The translations under genes were made by a program, and so were the position numbers. Below, piece by piece: positions 9,359-18,618 of a stretch of DNA of 64,000 bases. The notes beneath the pieces were generated by a model that was not told the DNA's origin, ran no database searches, and worked only from the letters and a program-made list of their open reading frames with translations. The DNA lies in the NCBI GenBank assembly GCA_964594115.1, contig CAZQLD010000002.1, positions 10,450-74,449 of the forward strand, written 5' to 3'. This stretch comes from Candidatus Woesearchaeota archaeon (lineage in GTDB: Archaea; Nanobdellota; Nanobdellia; Pacearchaeales; GW2011-AR1). Numbering within the stretch: the stretch's first letter is position 1; every line of letters begins with the position of its first letter.

Positions 9359-10096
9359 ATGAGAAAAGAATGGTTGTTTGTTATTGTAGGAATTTTGTTA
9401 GTTGTAGGAGTTATTGCTGAATCTAATGGAACTAATAATGGAAATGTGACTAATGGAACTAATAATGGAAATGGTGCTGACTTAGGAGATAATGAAACAG
9501 AACAAAATCAAACAGGAAAAGGAGGTGCAATCATAAATAAGACTAAAACAAGAGTAAGCAAAGAAAATATAACTTTTGTTCCATGGCAAAAAAGAAATGA
9601 GAGTGAGTGCATGGAAGGATGTACTTGCAGAGGAGCAGTTGTTACATGTCCTACTGAAACAGGAAGAGTAATGACTATAACTGCTGGAAGATCTGGAAAT
9701 ATAATCACAATAACAATGGAGAAGGTAAGTGTAAATACAAGTCTGGAGTTAGAGCAGGAAATGGACCAAGAAAGAAATCAGACAAGGTTAAAAGCTAAAC
9801 TTAGTAATGGAATAAAAGCAGAGGTAAAGATTATGCCTGATACTGCTTCTGAAAGAGCATTAGAAAGATTAAGATTGAGAGTTTGTGGCGAAGAGAATAA
9901 TTGTTCAATTGAATTAAAAGAGATTAGTGAGAAAAACCAGTTAACTTATGAACTCCAGGCAGAGAGGCATTCAAGATTATTGTGGCTATTTAGAAAGAAG
10001 ATGAAGGTAAAAGCCCAGGTAGATGCTGAAACTGGTGAGATTATTCGGGTTAAGAAACCTTGGTGGGCTTTTTTAGCAAGTGAACCTGAAGAATAA
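9359..10096 (+). CDS. secreted N-glycosylated Cys-containing protein
   Basis: Signal/TM 'WLFVIVGILLVVGVIA', NGT-rich, 6 Cys. Confidence 0.4.
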   Translation: MRKEWLFVIVGILLVVGVIAESNGTNNGNVTNGTNNGNGADLGDNETEQNQTGKGGAIINKTKTRVSKENITFVPWQKRNESECMEGCTCRGAVVTCPTETGRVMTITAGRSGNIITITMEKVSVNTSLELEQEMDQERNQTRLKAKLSNGIKAEVKIMPDTASERALERLRLRVCGEENNCSIELKEISEKNQLTYELQAERHSRLLWLFRKKMKVKAQVDAETGEIIRVKKPWWAFLASEPEE

Positions 10097-10165
10097 ACTG
10101 AAGAATAAATAAAGCACAAGCTTTTTATAGGTATTCAACTTGATATTTCTACAAAAGAGGTTAAA

Positions 10166-10486
10166 ATGAATTGGGTAATAATAACTGTTTTGATTGCTCT
10201 GGCATTTTTTTTCCTTAGAGTCAGGCATATTAAACATAAGATTTTTTTAATAGTCATTATTGTTGTTTTGCTGTTCTTTTATACAACCAGTTCTCAGGTT
10301 TTATCTAAGCATAATATTGACTGGAAATCAGTTTCTGGAATAGAAAAGGGTTTAAAAGTATATTTTTCTTGGCTTGGAGGGGCTTTGGGTAATCTTAAGG
10401 TTCTTACTGCAAATGCAGTAAAAATGGATTGGAGTGTAGAAAACAGCACAAATGGAATAAAAGTAGTTGAAGGCAAAGAAAGATGA
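10166..10486 (+). CDS. small membrane protein
   Basis: Two N-terminal TM helices. Confidence 0.3.
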   Translation: MNWVIITVLIALAFFFLRVRHIKHKIFLIVIIVVLLFFYTTSSQVLSKHNIDWKSVSGIEKGLKVYFSWLGGALGNLKVLTANAVKMDWSVENSTNGIKVVEGKER

Positions 10487-10680
10487 AAATAATTATAGCT
10501 ATTATTATGTTTCTGTGTATAGGTGCTTTTTTTATAATTAGCCAGAATACTCTTGCTTTGATAGAAGAGAAGAATATGAGTGAGTTTGTTTCTCTTTATA
10601 AGGATTGGCTTAGTAGGACTTTTAATAATATAGGAAGCCTAACTGGGCATATAGTTAATATGGACTGGTTGCCTAAATAA
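10483..10680 (+). CDS. small membrane protein
   Basis: One TM; 4-nt overlap with the upstream ORF. Confidence 0.25.
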   Translation: MKIIIAIIMFLCIGAFFIISQNTLALIEEKNMSEFVSLYKDWLSRTFNNIGSLTGHIVNMDWLPK

Positions 10681-10683
10681 AAA

Positions 10684-11022
10684 TTATCTTTCAGTTTCTT
10701 TAAGAAGTTTTTTAATATCTACTTTATCTCTTTTTTTCATATTCTTTCTTAGCCAGGAAATTACTATTAAAGACCAGGCAAGAAACATTCCTATAACAAA
10801 AATTATTCCGTAAAGATTCTCCCTACTGGCTCCGATAGCTCCTCCACTTATCCCTCCTAAAGAAAACAAAGAAACAGCAAACCCGATACTAGAAATTATT
10901 CCTGAAATTAAAATAAAAACCTCTAATCTTTTCTCTTTTTTCTCTAATTTATTAACTTCTTTTTTAAACTTTTCTGCGATAGGGGGCTCTTTTTTTCTTG
11001 TTTTGTGATTAACCATATCCAA
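10684..11022 (-). CDS. small membrane protein
   Basis: Two TM helices with a Gly-rich loop 'GGISGGAIGAS'. Confidence 0.35.
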   Translation of the reverse strand: MDMVNHKTRKKEPPIAEKFKKEVNKLEKKEKRLEVFILISGIISSIGFAVSLFSLGGISGGAIGASRENLYGIIFVIGMFLAWSLIVISWLRKNMKKRDKVDIKKLLKETER

Positions 11023-11048
11023 AAAAGTCTTTAAAGTTTATAAATCTT

Positions 11049-11252
11049 TTAGTACATACAGTCGATATTTTTAAACTCTTTTTCTAGAATTCCGCAACAC
11101 TCCCCGCATTCCTCACAACAAAGTTTTACCTTTCCTTTGTTTGTTATTACTGATTTGTAGCTTGCTTTACAGCACCTGCTTATGAAAAAGTCTCTTATTC
11201 TTTGTATCCTCATTTTTACACTGTTTTTTACACTTCTTTTTTGGGCACCCAA
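11049..11252 (-). CDS. small Cys-rich (9 Cys) protein, possible metal-binding
   Basis: 'CCKASY...KLCCEECGECCGILEKEFKNIDC'. Confidence 0.3.
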   Translation of the reverse strand: MGAQKRSVKNSVKMRIQRIRDFFISRCCKASYKSVITNKGKVKLCCEECGECCGILEKEFKNIDCMY

Positions 11253-11374
11253 CCTAAAAGGTTATGAGAAAGTAACAATTAAACTGGAAATCAGTATTTA
11301 AAAACTCTTTTGTGTACTTTTGAGTGAGAAAACTGACAGCAGGTTTAAATAATATAAATTTTTAAAGTTTTAGT

Positions 11375-11478
11375 GCCTCAGTAGCTCAGTTGGTTAGAGC
11401 GTTACCTTGGTACTGTAGGGAAACTTGGATATCTTGCTGAAAAGGTAGAGGTCCTGAGTTCGAATCTCAGCTGAGGCT
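11375..11478 (+). tRNA. tRNA-Thr (anticodon GGT) with ~30-nt intron after position 37
   Basis: GCCTCAG-TA-GCTC-AGTTGGTTA-GAGC-G-TTACC-TTGGTA then intron [CTGTAGGGAAACTTGGATATCTTGCTGAAA] then A-GGTAG-AGGTC-CTGAG-TTCGAAT-CTCAG-CTGAGGC-T. Confidence 0.7.
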
Positions 11479-11837
11479 TGTTTAAGATGGCAAAAAAGGG
11501 TTACATGGGACTTTCAGCACAAGCTGCTGGAGTGGATATAAATAAGCGTCATAGATGGGAGTCTAGAAGGCCGTGTTTAAGTAATTTAGTTTCTGGTCCA
11601 CAAACTACCTATACTTCTGATGAGAAAGTTTCTAAAGTAGCTGATCAAAGGATAAGAGCTTCTTTTACTAAAGAAACTGTTTTTAATACAACCCCAATTA
11701 CTAAGAATGATGAATTATATGGTAGGAATAAAATAAGGCATGGGCGGGATTATAAGGTTGAAACGTCTAGTGGAATTTATTTTGTAAGAACAAACAATTC
11801 TGGAAGAAAAATTCTTAGAAAAAGGAAACTTAATTAA
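11478..11837 (+). CDS. basic hypothetical protein (possibly ribosomal-protein-like)
   Basis: 119 aa, pI very basic, 'FVRTNNSGRKILRKRK' tail. The start codon abuts the tRNA-Thr 3' end, so the true start may lie further downstream. Confidence 0.3.
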   Translation: MFKMAKKGYMGLSAQAAGVDINKRHRWESRRPCLSNLVSGPQTTYTSDEKVSKVADQRIRASFTKETVFNTTPITKNDELYGRNKIRHGRDYKVETSSGIYFVRTNNSGRKILRKRKLN

Positions 11838-11868
11838 GTTTATAAACCACCTTTTTCTATTCCTCTTT

Positions 11869-12354
11869 ATGCCAGAAGAATCTCCTTTAGAAGATTTGAA
11901 AAAAGATTATGAAGTTCTAAAAAAGAAGTATAATCTTCCTGAGTTTCAAAAGCTGAATGAAGAGTTTGATACAGAAAAAGTAGCAGAGCATGAAACTGAC
12001 TGTCTGCTTAGGGAAATAAGAAAAGCAGTCATGGACAAGGTTATAGCTTATTTGAGATTTGTTGAGATGCTTCTTAACCCTTCAAATGTCCCAATATTTT
12101 TCTTTGCTTTAGTTAAAGGGCTGACTCCTAGCGACAAGAGGATATTAGAGAGAATATATAGCAGACTAGGGAACTTTGAAATAGATGTCATTGAACTAGA
12201 CTGCAGGTATAGTGAGAAAGATGAAGCAGAGTTCATAAAGAAGATAGTAAGAGAGTGGAAGGATATAAAAGAAGAAATGTTAAAATTAGTAGAAGTTTTA
12301 AGAAGAAACTGGGACCAAAAGTCAAGAAAATCTGAAAAAGGTTATTGTGGATGA
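11869..12354 (+). CDS. hypothetical protein (helical)
   Basis: ORF only. Confidence 0.35.
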   Translation: MPEESPLEDLKKDYEVLKKKYNLPEFQKLNEEFDTEKVAEHETDCLLREIRKAVMDKVIAYLRFVEMLLNPSNVPIFFFALVKGLTPSDKRILERIYSRLGNFEIDVIELDCRYSEKDEAEFIKKIVREWKDIKEEMLKLVEVLRRNWDQKSRKSEKGYCG

Positions 12355-12399
12355 AGATATATTTTCTATAATATAAGTTTTTATAAATACGTTTGTTAT

Positions 12400-12783
12400 T
12401 TGTTTTTTATGAAACTCCCTTCAAGAATCAAAACAAGAGTTGAAAAATATTTTCCTTTTAAAGATGAAGAATCAGAGTCTATTAGTAGAGTGAGGGATTT
12501 TGGTGTAATTTATGCAGTGGAAGAGACTAGGCCAGATGATGGTGGAGGATTATTAGAAACAGTTACTGCAGGTTGTTGGATAGCATCGAGAGAGAGTGAT
12601 GATGGAGGCAAGCATCAATTGGAACTAAAATTCCAAGTTAGAGGTAGGGATTATAATAATATTGAAGATGATTCAACTTGCTCTGGTCAGATGGATGATT
12701 TCAATCAAATAAAACAACAGGCAATAGATTTAATGAAAAAAACACTTCCAAATTATGTTACTAGGGTTTTACCTAGTCATTAA
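12400..12783 (+). CDS. hypothetical protein
   Basis: ORF only. Confidence 0.35.
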   Translation: MFFMKLPSRIKTRVEKYFPFKDEESESISRVRDFGVIYAVEETRPDDGGGLLETVTAGCWIASRESDDGGKHQLELKFQVRGRDYNNIEDDSTCSGQMDDFNQIKQQAIDLMKKTLPNYVTRVLPSH

Positions 12784-14381
12784 AGTTCTTCTATGTTGAT
12801 TTCCATGCTTGAGACAGGCATTTTAAGATGCCAGTTTTTTATTACAAAGGGCGAGATTTCTCCGAGGAATCCTATGTTTTTTTCATTTACTATAATCTTA
12901 CCACACCTGCCTTTAATAAAAGAAAGGCTTTCAGCAGGTTCTATTTTATATTCAACATCCAGCATTCTCATTAAGTAATCAAGGATTTGTTTAATTTCTG
13001 TGAAATCTGTTTCTCCTGATAGTGAGATGCAAAGTTTTTCTTGCTCTTCTAAATTTTCATTAAAGACCCTTCCAAGTTCAAATGTCTTTTGAGGGTATTT
13101 TGCGTCTGTGTTCTCACTTAAAACTTTTAAGGAATTTACAAGCAAACTTGAACGCAAGATATTGTAGTCTGTTTTTGACTCTAAGACTTCTGTTGCCTTG
13201 CTTCTGAGTCCTGTTTTTTTAATGTCTTTTTTTGTAGTAAGATGATAGGTTGAAACTTCTAATAATCTTAACCCAACAAGAATTTCAGCTATTTTTCTTT
13301 TTTTAATTTCAAAAGAATTTTCTTTTCCGATAGTAGAGATTTGGGGGATTTCAGGGATAAATTTATCATAACCATAGGCAATTGCAATATCTTCATAAAC
13401 ATCTACTGGGTGGAGGATGTCTGTTCTGTATGCAGGACTTTCTGCAACACCTTTGCTATACAAATATCCCATTTTAGAAAGAAGAGCTTTAATTTCCTGC
13501 TCTTTTAACTGCAAGCCAAGAAGCTTATTTGCCTCTTCTATGTTAATTTTAGTTTTTTCTGGAGTTAAGTCTGGTGTAATAAGCTTTTTATTTCCATACT
13601 CAAGTCTCATCCCATATATTTCTCCGCCCATATCTGATAGTGCTGTTACAAGTATATTGAGGGTTTTTTTCTGAGCCTCTATGTCATGTCCAGAACACTC
13701 AATAAAAACATCTTTTGTTTCATTGGAAATCTTTCCTGTCATTTCTGAATTTATTATTGGAGGCATGCTTAGCACCCTCCCAGCAGCATCTCTGAAAACA
13801 GGATATTTTTTCTTGTTAGATAATAAGTAAGCATAGCCTCTTCCTTTTGGATGGCGAGAAAGGATTTGCTTGCCAGTCATCTCTTTAGTCATCTCTAAGG
13901 GAATGAATTTGATTTTATCTGGGTCTTCTGCTCTATAAATGATTGGTAGCTGGATTTTTTCTAATGGATAAATACCAATTGCAATTTTTTTTCTGTTTCT
14001 CCCAAAAGTTGAGTGCAATTTTTCCTGTATATCCACTATTTCCCTGATTTTTTCATCATCAAACTTCAGATTTCTTACAATAGCACATGTTGTATAAGGG
14101 CGAACAGGCTTTACACTTGAATCTATTTTGACAGAATAATCTTTTTGAGGGGGGTTTACTTTATATTCTGAAGTTTTCTTTTTTCCTAAAAATGTTAGAA
14201 ATCCCCTTAGATAGCCTTGCAATGACAATAAGTCAGGACGGTCTGGAAAAATTTCTATTTCAATTTCATTATCTGTTAAAGATTCTAAAGGTGTTCCAAA
14301 GAGCGCTATTTTTTCTTTTATTTCTTCTGTTATTTTAATATGTTTTTCAAACTCTTTTCTTAAAAATTTTACATTAGCCAT
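12780..14381 (-). CDS. pheT: phenylalanine--tRNA ligase beta subunit (archaeal type)
   Basis: 533 aa. 'FPDRPDLLSLQGYLRGF' and B3/4-like and B5-like segments are typical of archaeal PheT. Lies downstream of pheS. Confidence 0.85.
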   Translation of the reverse strand: MANVKFLRKEFEKHIKITEEIKEKIALFGTPLESLTDNEIEIEIFPDRPDLLSLQGYLRGFLTFLGKKKTSEYKVNPPQKDYSVKIDSSVKPVRPYTTCAIVRNLKFDDEKIREIVDIQEKLHSTFGRNRKKIAIGIYPLEKIQLPIIYRAEDPDKIKFIPLEMTKEMTGKQILSRHPKGRGYAYLLSNKKKYPVFRDAAGRVLSMPPIINSEMTGKISNETKDVFIECSGHDIEAQKKTLNILVTALSDMGGEIYGMRLEYGNKKLITPDLTPEKTKINIEEANKLLGLQLKEQEIKALLSKMGYLYSKGVAESPAYRTDILHPVDVYEDIAIAYGYDKFIPEIPQISTIGKENSFEIKKRKIAEILVGLRLLEVSTYHLTTKKDIKKTGLRSKATEVLESKTDYNILRSSLLVNSLKVLSENTDAKYPQKTFELGRVFNENLEEQEKLCISLSGETDFTEIKQILDYLMRMLDVEYKIEPAESLSFIKGRCGKIIVNEKNIGFLGEISPFVIKNWHLKMPVSSMEINIEEL

Positions 14382-14383
14382 CT

Positions 14384-14710
14384 TTATTCACTATAATCTC
14401 TTTTTTTCATTTCTTCCATCTTGATTTTAATTGCTTCTTCAATGTCTACACCAAATCTTTTTGCTATAGTCAAAACTATAAATATCACATCCGCAAATTC
14501 TTTTTTTAAATCTTTTTCATTAAGATTATCAAGTTTGCTTTTTCTTTGATAGCCCTTATGTTTTAATAGTTCTTCAAATAGTTCTCCAAGTTCTTCAACT
14601 ACTTTAAAACCCATAGCCATTGTTAATTCTTTATCGTCTTTATCATTATAATGCTTTTCTAGTTTTTTTATTTCTTTTTCTATAAATTGGTTTATCTCTC
14701 TTATTTCCAT
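14384..14710 (-). CDS. MazG-like nucleoside triphosphate pyrophosphohydrolase
   Basis: 'EELGELFEELLKH ... EFADVIFIVLTIAKRFGVDIEEAIKIKMEEMKKR' carries the EExxE/D MazG helix motifs. Confidence 0.65.
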   Translation of the reverse strand: MEIREINQFIEKEIKKLEKHYNDKDDKELTMAMGFKVVEELGELFEELLKHKGYQRKSKLDNLNEKDLKKEFADVIFIVLTIAKRFGVDIEEAIKIKMEEMKKRDYSE

Positions 14711-14711
14711 T

Positions 14712-14972
14712 TTATTCTAACTCTATAACCCAGTGCCCATGCTCCTTTATTTGTTCTAAGGTGTAGAAATCACTTAATTTTATTTTATTTAAATTTTTTA
14801 CCTTCTTTTTTAAGGTTCTCCCAGTATAGCTTTTTGTTTCTGGATTATATTCTTCTAATACTAAGATATCCCCTTCTTTTATTTCAAAATCAGCTAATCT
14901 TAAGTCTGTTGTTTTTTTACCTTCTAATATTTTCTGAAACAATTCAGGCCAGGTTTTCTTTTTAATCTCCAT
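14712..14972 (-). CDS. DUF3850 / ASCH-like PUA-fold protein
   Basis: 'KTWPELFQKILEGKKTTDLRLADFEIKEGDILVLEEY' matches the DUF3850 N-terminal consensus (H.lKi.PeyF..v..G.KtfEiR.nDr.f.vGD.L.L.E). Confidence 0.5.
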   Translation of the reverse strand: MEIKKKTWPELFQKILEGKKTTDLRLADFEIKEGDILVLEEYNPETKSYTGRTLKKKVKNLNKIKLSDFYTLEQIKEHGHWVIELE

Positions 14973-15333
14973 CTTTATTGTCTATGCCTCCTGCTAGTTT
15001 ATTTGCGTGCTTAACTTTTTTCATTTTTTCAGCAGGCATTCTTTTTTCATATTCTTCTAATACATCTTTGAAGCCAGTTTCAGCATCAACGCCTGTTTGA
15101 TTTGCAATTTTTAGTATCAGGAAGAGAGTATCACCAACAAAATTTTCAACTTCATCTTTCTTTTTTTCTACAATCTCTTTTTGTTTTTCATCATCAATCC
15201 ATTTTATTAAATTCCACAGTTCCCCGACTTCTTCTGTTATATTAAGAGATAAATCTTTTAAGTCCCAGCAATCTTTCCAGCCTCTTTCTTCGTCAAATTT
15301 TTTAACTTTTTCTTGTGCTTTTTTTATTTCCAT
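14962..15333 (-). CDS. MazG-like nucleoside triphosphate pyrophosphohydrolase (second copy)
   Basis: 'EEVGELWNLIKW ... VGDTLFLILKIANQTGVDAETGFKDVLEEYEKR'. Confidence 0.6.
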   Translation of the reverse strand: MEIKKAQEKVKKFDEERGWKDCWDLKDLSLNITEEVGELWNLIKWIDDEKQKEIVEKKKDEVENFVGDTLFLILKIANQTGVDAETGFKDVLEEYEKRMPAEKMKKVKHANKLAGGIDNKDGD

Positions 15334-16903
15334 TTTTCCTCCAGATTTTCATTTCTCTTAATTTAGTTAAGTTATTTTCATACATCTCTCTTAAATCTTT
15401 TATATTATAATAATCCATTATTGCCCTATCAAATCCAGGACCCCATGCTAGAACAGGAATATGTTCTCCTAATAGGGGAATTGTTAGTTCTGGACGGAAG
15501 ATTCCAGCTCCGCCTAATTCCAGCCATACTTTTTTCTCAGGATGCCACCAGTTTATTTCTACACTTGGTTCAGTATATGGGAAATATGCTGGAGTAAAGC
15601 GTATTTTTTCAAAACCCATTTTATTGAAAAATTCTGTCAAATATCCTAATAAGTGCCTAAAATTAGCATCTTTATCTATTACAATTCCTTCTGTTTGATT
15701 GAACTCAAAACCATGGCTCCAGTCAACTGTCTCATTTCTAAAACACTTTCCAATCGCAAAGAATTTTCCTTTTTTCTTGTTTAGTTTTGCAAGAGTTTGA
15801 GCTGATAAACAGGTTGTATGTGTTCTTAAGAGGGTTTTTTTTGCATCTTCTTCTTGCCATTTATACTGCCAGCCTTTGCTTCCAGAAGTTCCAGTTTCAT
15901 GTGCTTTTTTGACAGCCTGAACAATCTTTTTATCAGGAAGACTGCTTGTTTTATCTATAAAAAAAGTATCCTGCATTTCTCTTACAGGATGATCTTGTGC
16001 TGTGAATAAAGCATCAAAATTCCAAAATCCGCTCATTACTAGGTTTCCAGACATTTCTTCAAAGCCAAGTTCTGTCCATATTTTTCTTGCATAGTCTATT
16101 GCTTGATTAACAAAATGCCTCTTACCACCAGAAATTTTTGGAAGAGGAGAGGTAATGTCATATCTTCTGAATTTTTTCCCTTTCCATGAGCTGTTTTTAA
16201 TCATTTCAGGAGTGAGTTTTTCAATCATCTTGTCTTTTTCTATTTCTCTGAAATCACTTGACAGCAGTTTTTCTCCTAATTCTGTTATTCCAATAAGAAT
16301 CTGTTTTTCCTCATCTACAATTATTATTTTTTTTCTGTTTTTCAGATTTTGAAAAGCAAGTTTTTGTTCAGGAGCAAGTTTTTCTGGAGCCAGAGGCAGA
16401 GTTTCAAGGAATTGTTCTTCTAAAGTTTTTTTAGTAATTTCCTCTGGTTTAGCTTGCAGCATAAGCTTTCCATGGACTAGGTTTATCAGGGCTTTTTTCT
16501 TTAAAGCTCCTAATGCTGCTTTAAATTCATTCTCATTTAATTTAGACTGCTTTTTAGCTTCTTCTAATTGCAAGGACTTTTTTTCTGATAATAGGTTAAG
16601 TAGTCTTCTTTCTGGAAGCCCTTTCTTTTTATAGAGCAATCCATTAATGTCTAAATTAATTGTTTTTTTTGTTTTTTGCGTTAAGACAAGAATTTTCTTA
16701 TTGCTTAAGAATTCTAAAGCTCTTAAAATAGAGATTTTATCTAAGCCAGATTTCTCTTCTATAACTTCTATTTTCTCTTTCAAATAAGGAAGGATTCTTC
16801 TTTCATTAGGTGAAAGGCTTTCAAGAACCTCTTTAATTTCCATTAAAAAAGGGAGTTTATGATATTTTATAAACCTTATGTAACTATTTAATAGTTTATA
16901 CAA
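15302..16903 (-). CDS. pheS: phenylalanine--tRNA ligase alpha subunit (archaeal type, N-terminal wHTH repeats)
   Basis: Class II motifs: 'FRPELTIPLLG...VLAWGPGFDRA' (motif 3) and 'FEFNQTEG' (motif 2 region). The true start is probably the internal 'MEIKEVL' near 16843. Confidence 0.85.
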   Translation of the reverse strand: MYKLLNSYIRFIKYHKLPFLMEIKEVLESLSPNERRILPYLKEKIEVIEEKSGLDKISILRALEFLSNKKILVLTQKTKKTINLDINGLLYKKKGLPERRLLNLLSEKKSLQLEEAKKQSKLNENEFKAALGALKKKALINLVHGKLMLQAKPEEITKKTLEEQFLETLPLAPEKLAPEQKLAFQNLKNRKKIIIVDEEKQILIGITELGEKLLSSDFREIEKDKMIEKLTPEMIKNSSWKGKKFRRYDITSPLPKISGGKRHFVNQAIDYARKIWTELGFEEMSGNLVMSGFWNFDALFTAQDHPVREMQDTFFIDKTSSLPDKKIVQAVKKAHETGTSGSKGWQYKWQEEDAKKTLLRTHTTCLSAQTLAKLNKKKGKFFAIGKCFRNETVDWSHGFEFNQTEGIVIDKDANFRHLLGYLTEFFNKMGFEKIRFTPAYFPYTEPSVEINWWHPEKKVWLELGGAGIFRPELTIPLLGEHIPVLAWGPGFDRAIMDYYNIKDLREMYENNLTKLREMKIWRKNGNKKSTRKS

Positions 16904-16953
16904 TAATTAGTAAGGTGGGCAAAAATTAAAAACCTTTTCCACTAAATAATAAG

Positions 16954-17748
16954 ATGAGGAAAGCAATTGTGGCAGGACAGTTTTATCCAAGAGATAAAGT
17001 TGCATTAGGGGAGGAAATAAAGAACTATACGAAGAAAAAGCCAGATAGTAGTATAAAAGCAGCTATAGTACCTCATGCAGGTTATATGTTTTCTGGGAAA
17101 TGTGCTGGAGAGGTTTACTCCTTGCTTCCAGAAGCTGGAACTTATGTTATAATTGGAGTTAATCATAATGCTTTAGGAAAGGATATAGCTGTTTCTTTAG
17201 AAGATTTTGAAACTCCTTTAGGAATAGTAGAGAATGATAAGGAATTAGGAAAAGGAATGCTGAATAAATTAGCTGTAGAGAATGATGATAAGTCTCATGA
17301 ATTTGAACATTCAATAGAAGTGCAATTGCCGTTTTTACAAGTAACACAAAAAAATTTTAAGATTCTGCCGATAATTTTAAAAAATTATGATTTACAAATA
17401 TGCAAGCAGATAGCTAAAGCAATTGTTGATTTAGCTAGAAAATTAAAAAGGAAGATTATAGTTATAGCTAGTTCTGATTTTACTCATGCTGGTCCTGGTT
17501 ATGGGTTTTTTGGGAGTATTGATATTGACAAAGAAGCAATTGATAAGATATTGAAATTTGATACCAAGGGTTTTATGGAAATAGCAGAAAAAACAACAAT
17601 TTGCGGAGCAGGCGCTATTGCTGTAACAATTGAAGCTTCTAAATTATTAGGAGCGAAAAAAGCCAAATTATTGAATTATTATACTTCTGTAGAGATAATG
17701 CCAAGTGAGAATAAAGTAGGTTATGCGGGTATTGTGTTTTTTGCCTGA
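16954..17748 (+). CDS. MEMO1-family protein (AmmeMemoRadiSam system protein B)
   Basis: 'AIVAGQFYPRDK' and 'AAIVPHAGYMFSGKCAGEVY' are hallmark Memo motifs. Confidence 0.7.
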   Translation: MRKAIVAGQFYPRDKVALGEEIKNYTKKKPDSSIKAAIVPHAGYMFSGKCAGEVYSLLPEAGTYVIIGVNHNALGKDIAVSLEDFETPLGIVENDKELGKGMLNKLAVENDDKSHEFEHSIEVQLPFLQVTQKNFKILPIILKNYDLQICKQIAKAIVDLARKLKRKIIVIASSDFTHAGPGYGFFGSIDIDKEAIDKILKFDTKGFMEIAEKTTICGAGAIAVTIEASKLLGAKKAKLLNYYTSVEIMPSENKVGYAGIVFFA

Positions 17749-18167
17749 GATGTTGAGGCCCCTAAAGTCAGGAGAAAGGAGAAAGCATTTTTTTTATCAT
17801 ACTTTCCGATTAATATCAAATCAGTTTTAGCTTTTTTGCATAACATTATGTTTTGCTTAATTCTGGCTAGAAGAATCGCTCTTTCCTTGCCTTTTGTTTT
17901 TTTTATTTTTTCTAAATCAATTCCTATTTTTATGTTGTTGTTTTTTGCTATCTTGCATAAGATTTCATTTAATCCAGAGTCTCTTTGTTTTAATTTATCT
18001 TTTCTGTTATGGAGTTCTGGAGATAAAAGAATATCAACATCTTTGTTTTCAAGGATTTTTCTGTTGAATTCTTGGCCTTGAGCTAAGACTATAACCTGTT
18101 TTTTTTCTTTTTTAAATGTTTGAATCTGTTTTCTTGCTTCATTTATGTTATTGGTAGAGATTATCAT
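17721..18167 (-). CDS. hypothetical protein, possibly a truncated RNase P p30 (Rnp3)-like TIM-barrel fragment
   Basis: Weak resemblance ('VIVLAQG', 'VDILLSPE', 'IKIGIDLEKI'). Its 3' end overlaps the Memo gene by 28 nt. Confidence 0.25.
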   Translation of the reverse strand: MIISTNNINEARKQIQTFKKEKKQVIVLAQGQEFNRKILENKDVDILLSPELHNRKDKLKQRDSGLNEILCKIAKNNNIKIGIDLEKIKKTKGKERAILLARIKQNIMLCKKAKTDLILIGKYDKKNAFSFLLTLGASTSQAKNTIPA

Positions 18168-18210
18168 GCATTTATTAAGAATATTCTACTTTAAAATTTA
18201 ACTCTTTTTT

Positions 18211-18618
18211 GTGTTTAAGAGATGGTTAACCGCTGTTGATTGCAAGGGCGCCAAAAATTTTTTAAAGAATTACACATTTAATAATACTATGAAAGTTGAA
18301 TTTTCGACTGCAAATCAAGAGCAGGAATTATATGTTGGATTAAGTACAGAAGAATTAAGGGGATTATTAAAAGGAGAACAAATTAAATCTGAAAGAGTAG
18401 AAATCGAAAAGAAAGATTTAGCTTATTTTATTAAATGTGATTTCTCTGGTGAATATCCAGATACGCATTTCTCTATTGGAATGGGGGGGAAGATTATTCA
18501 GAAAATATTAACACTCCCTTCTGTAGAAGAGCTTTGTATTTCAGAATATGTAAGTGAACGCTTGGGTCCATATAGAGGTTTTTTTTATCATTTAAAGGCG
18601 CTCGAGCGATTGAGTTGA
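18211..18618 (+). CDS. hypothetical protein
   Basis: ORF only. Confidence 0.35.
   Translation: MFKRWLTAVDCKGAKNFLKNYTFNNTMKVEFSTANQEQELYVGLSTEELRGLLKGEQIKSERVEIEKKDLAYFIKCDFSGEYPDTHFSIGMGGKIIQKILTLPSVEELCISEYVSERLGPYRGFFYHLKALERLS

Noticed and set aside
14710-16843. Recurrent 'MEIK/MEIR' N-termini on four consecutive genes as a possible shared element
   Set aside because: It is most likely coincidence of K/E-rich composition and AT-rich start contexts. No extended nucleotide identity is seen.
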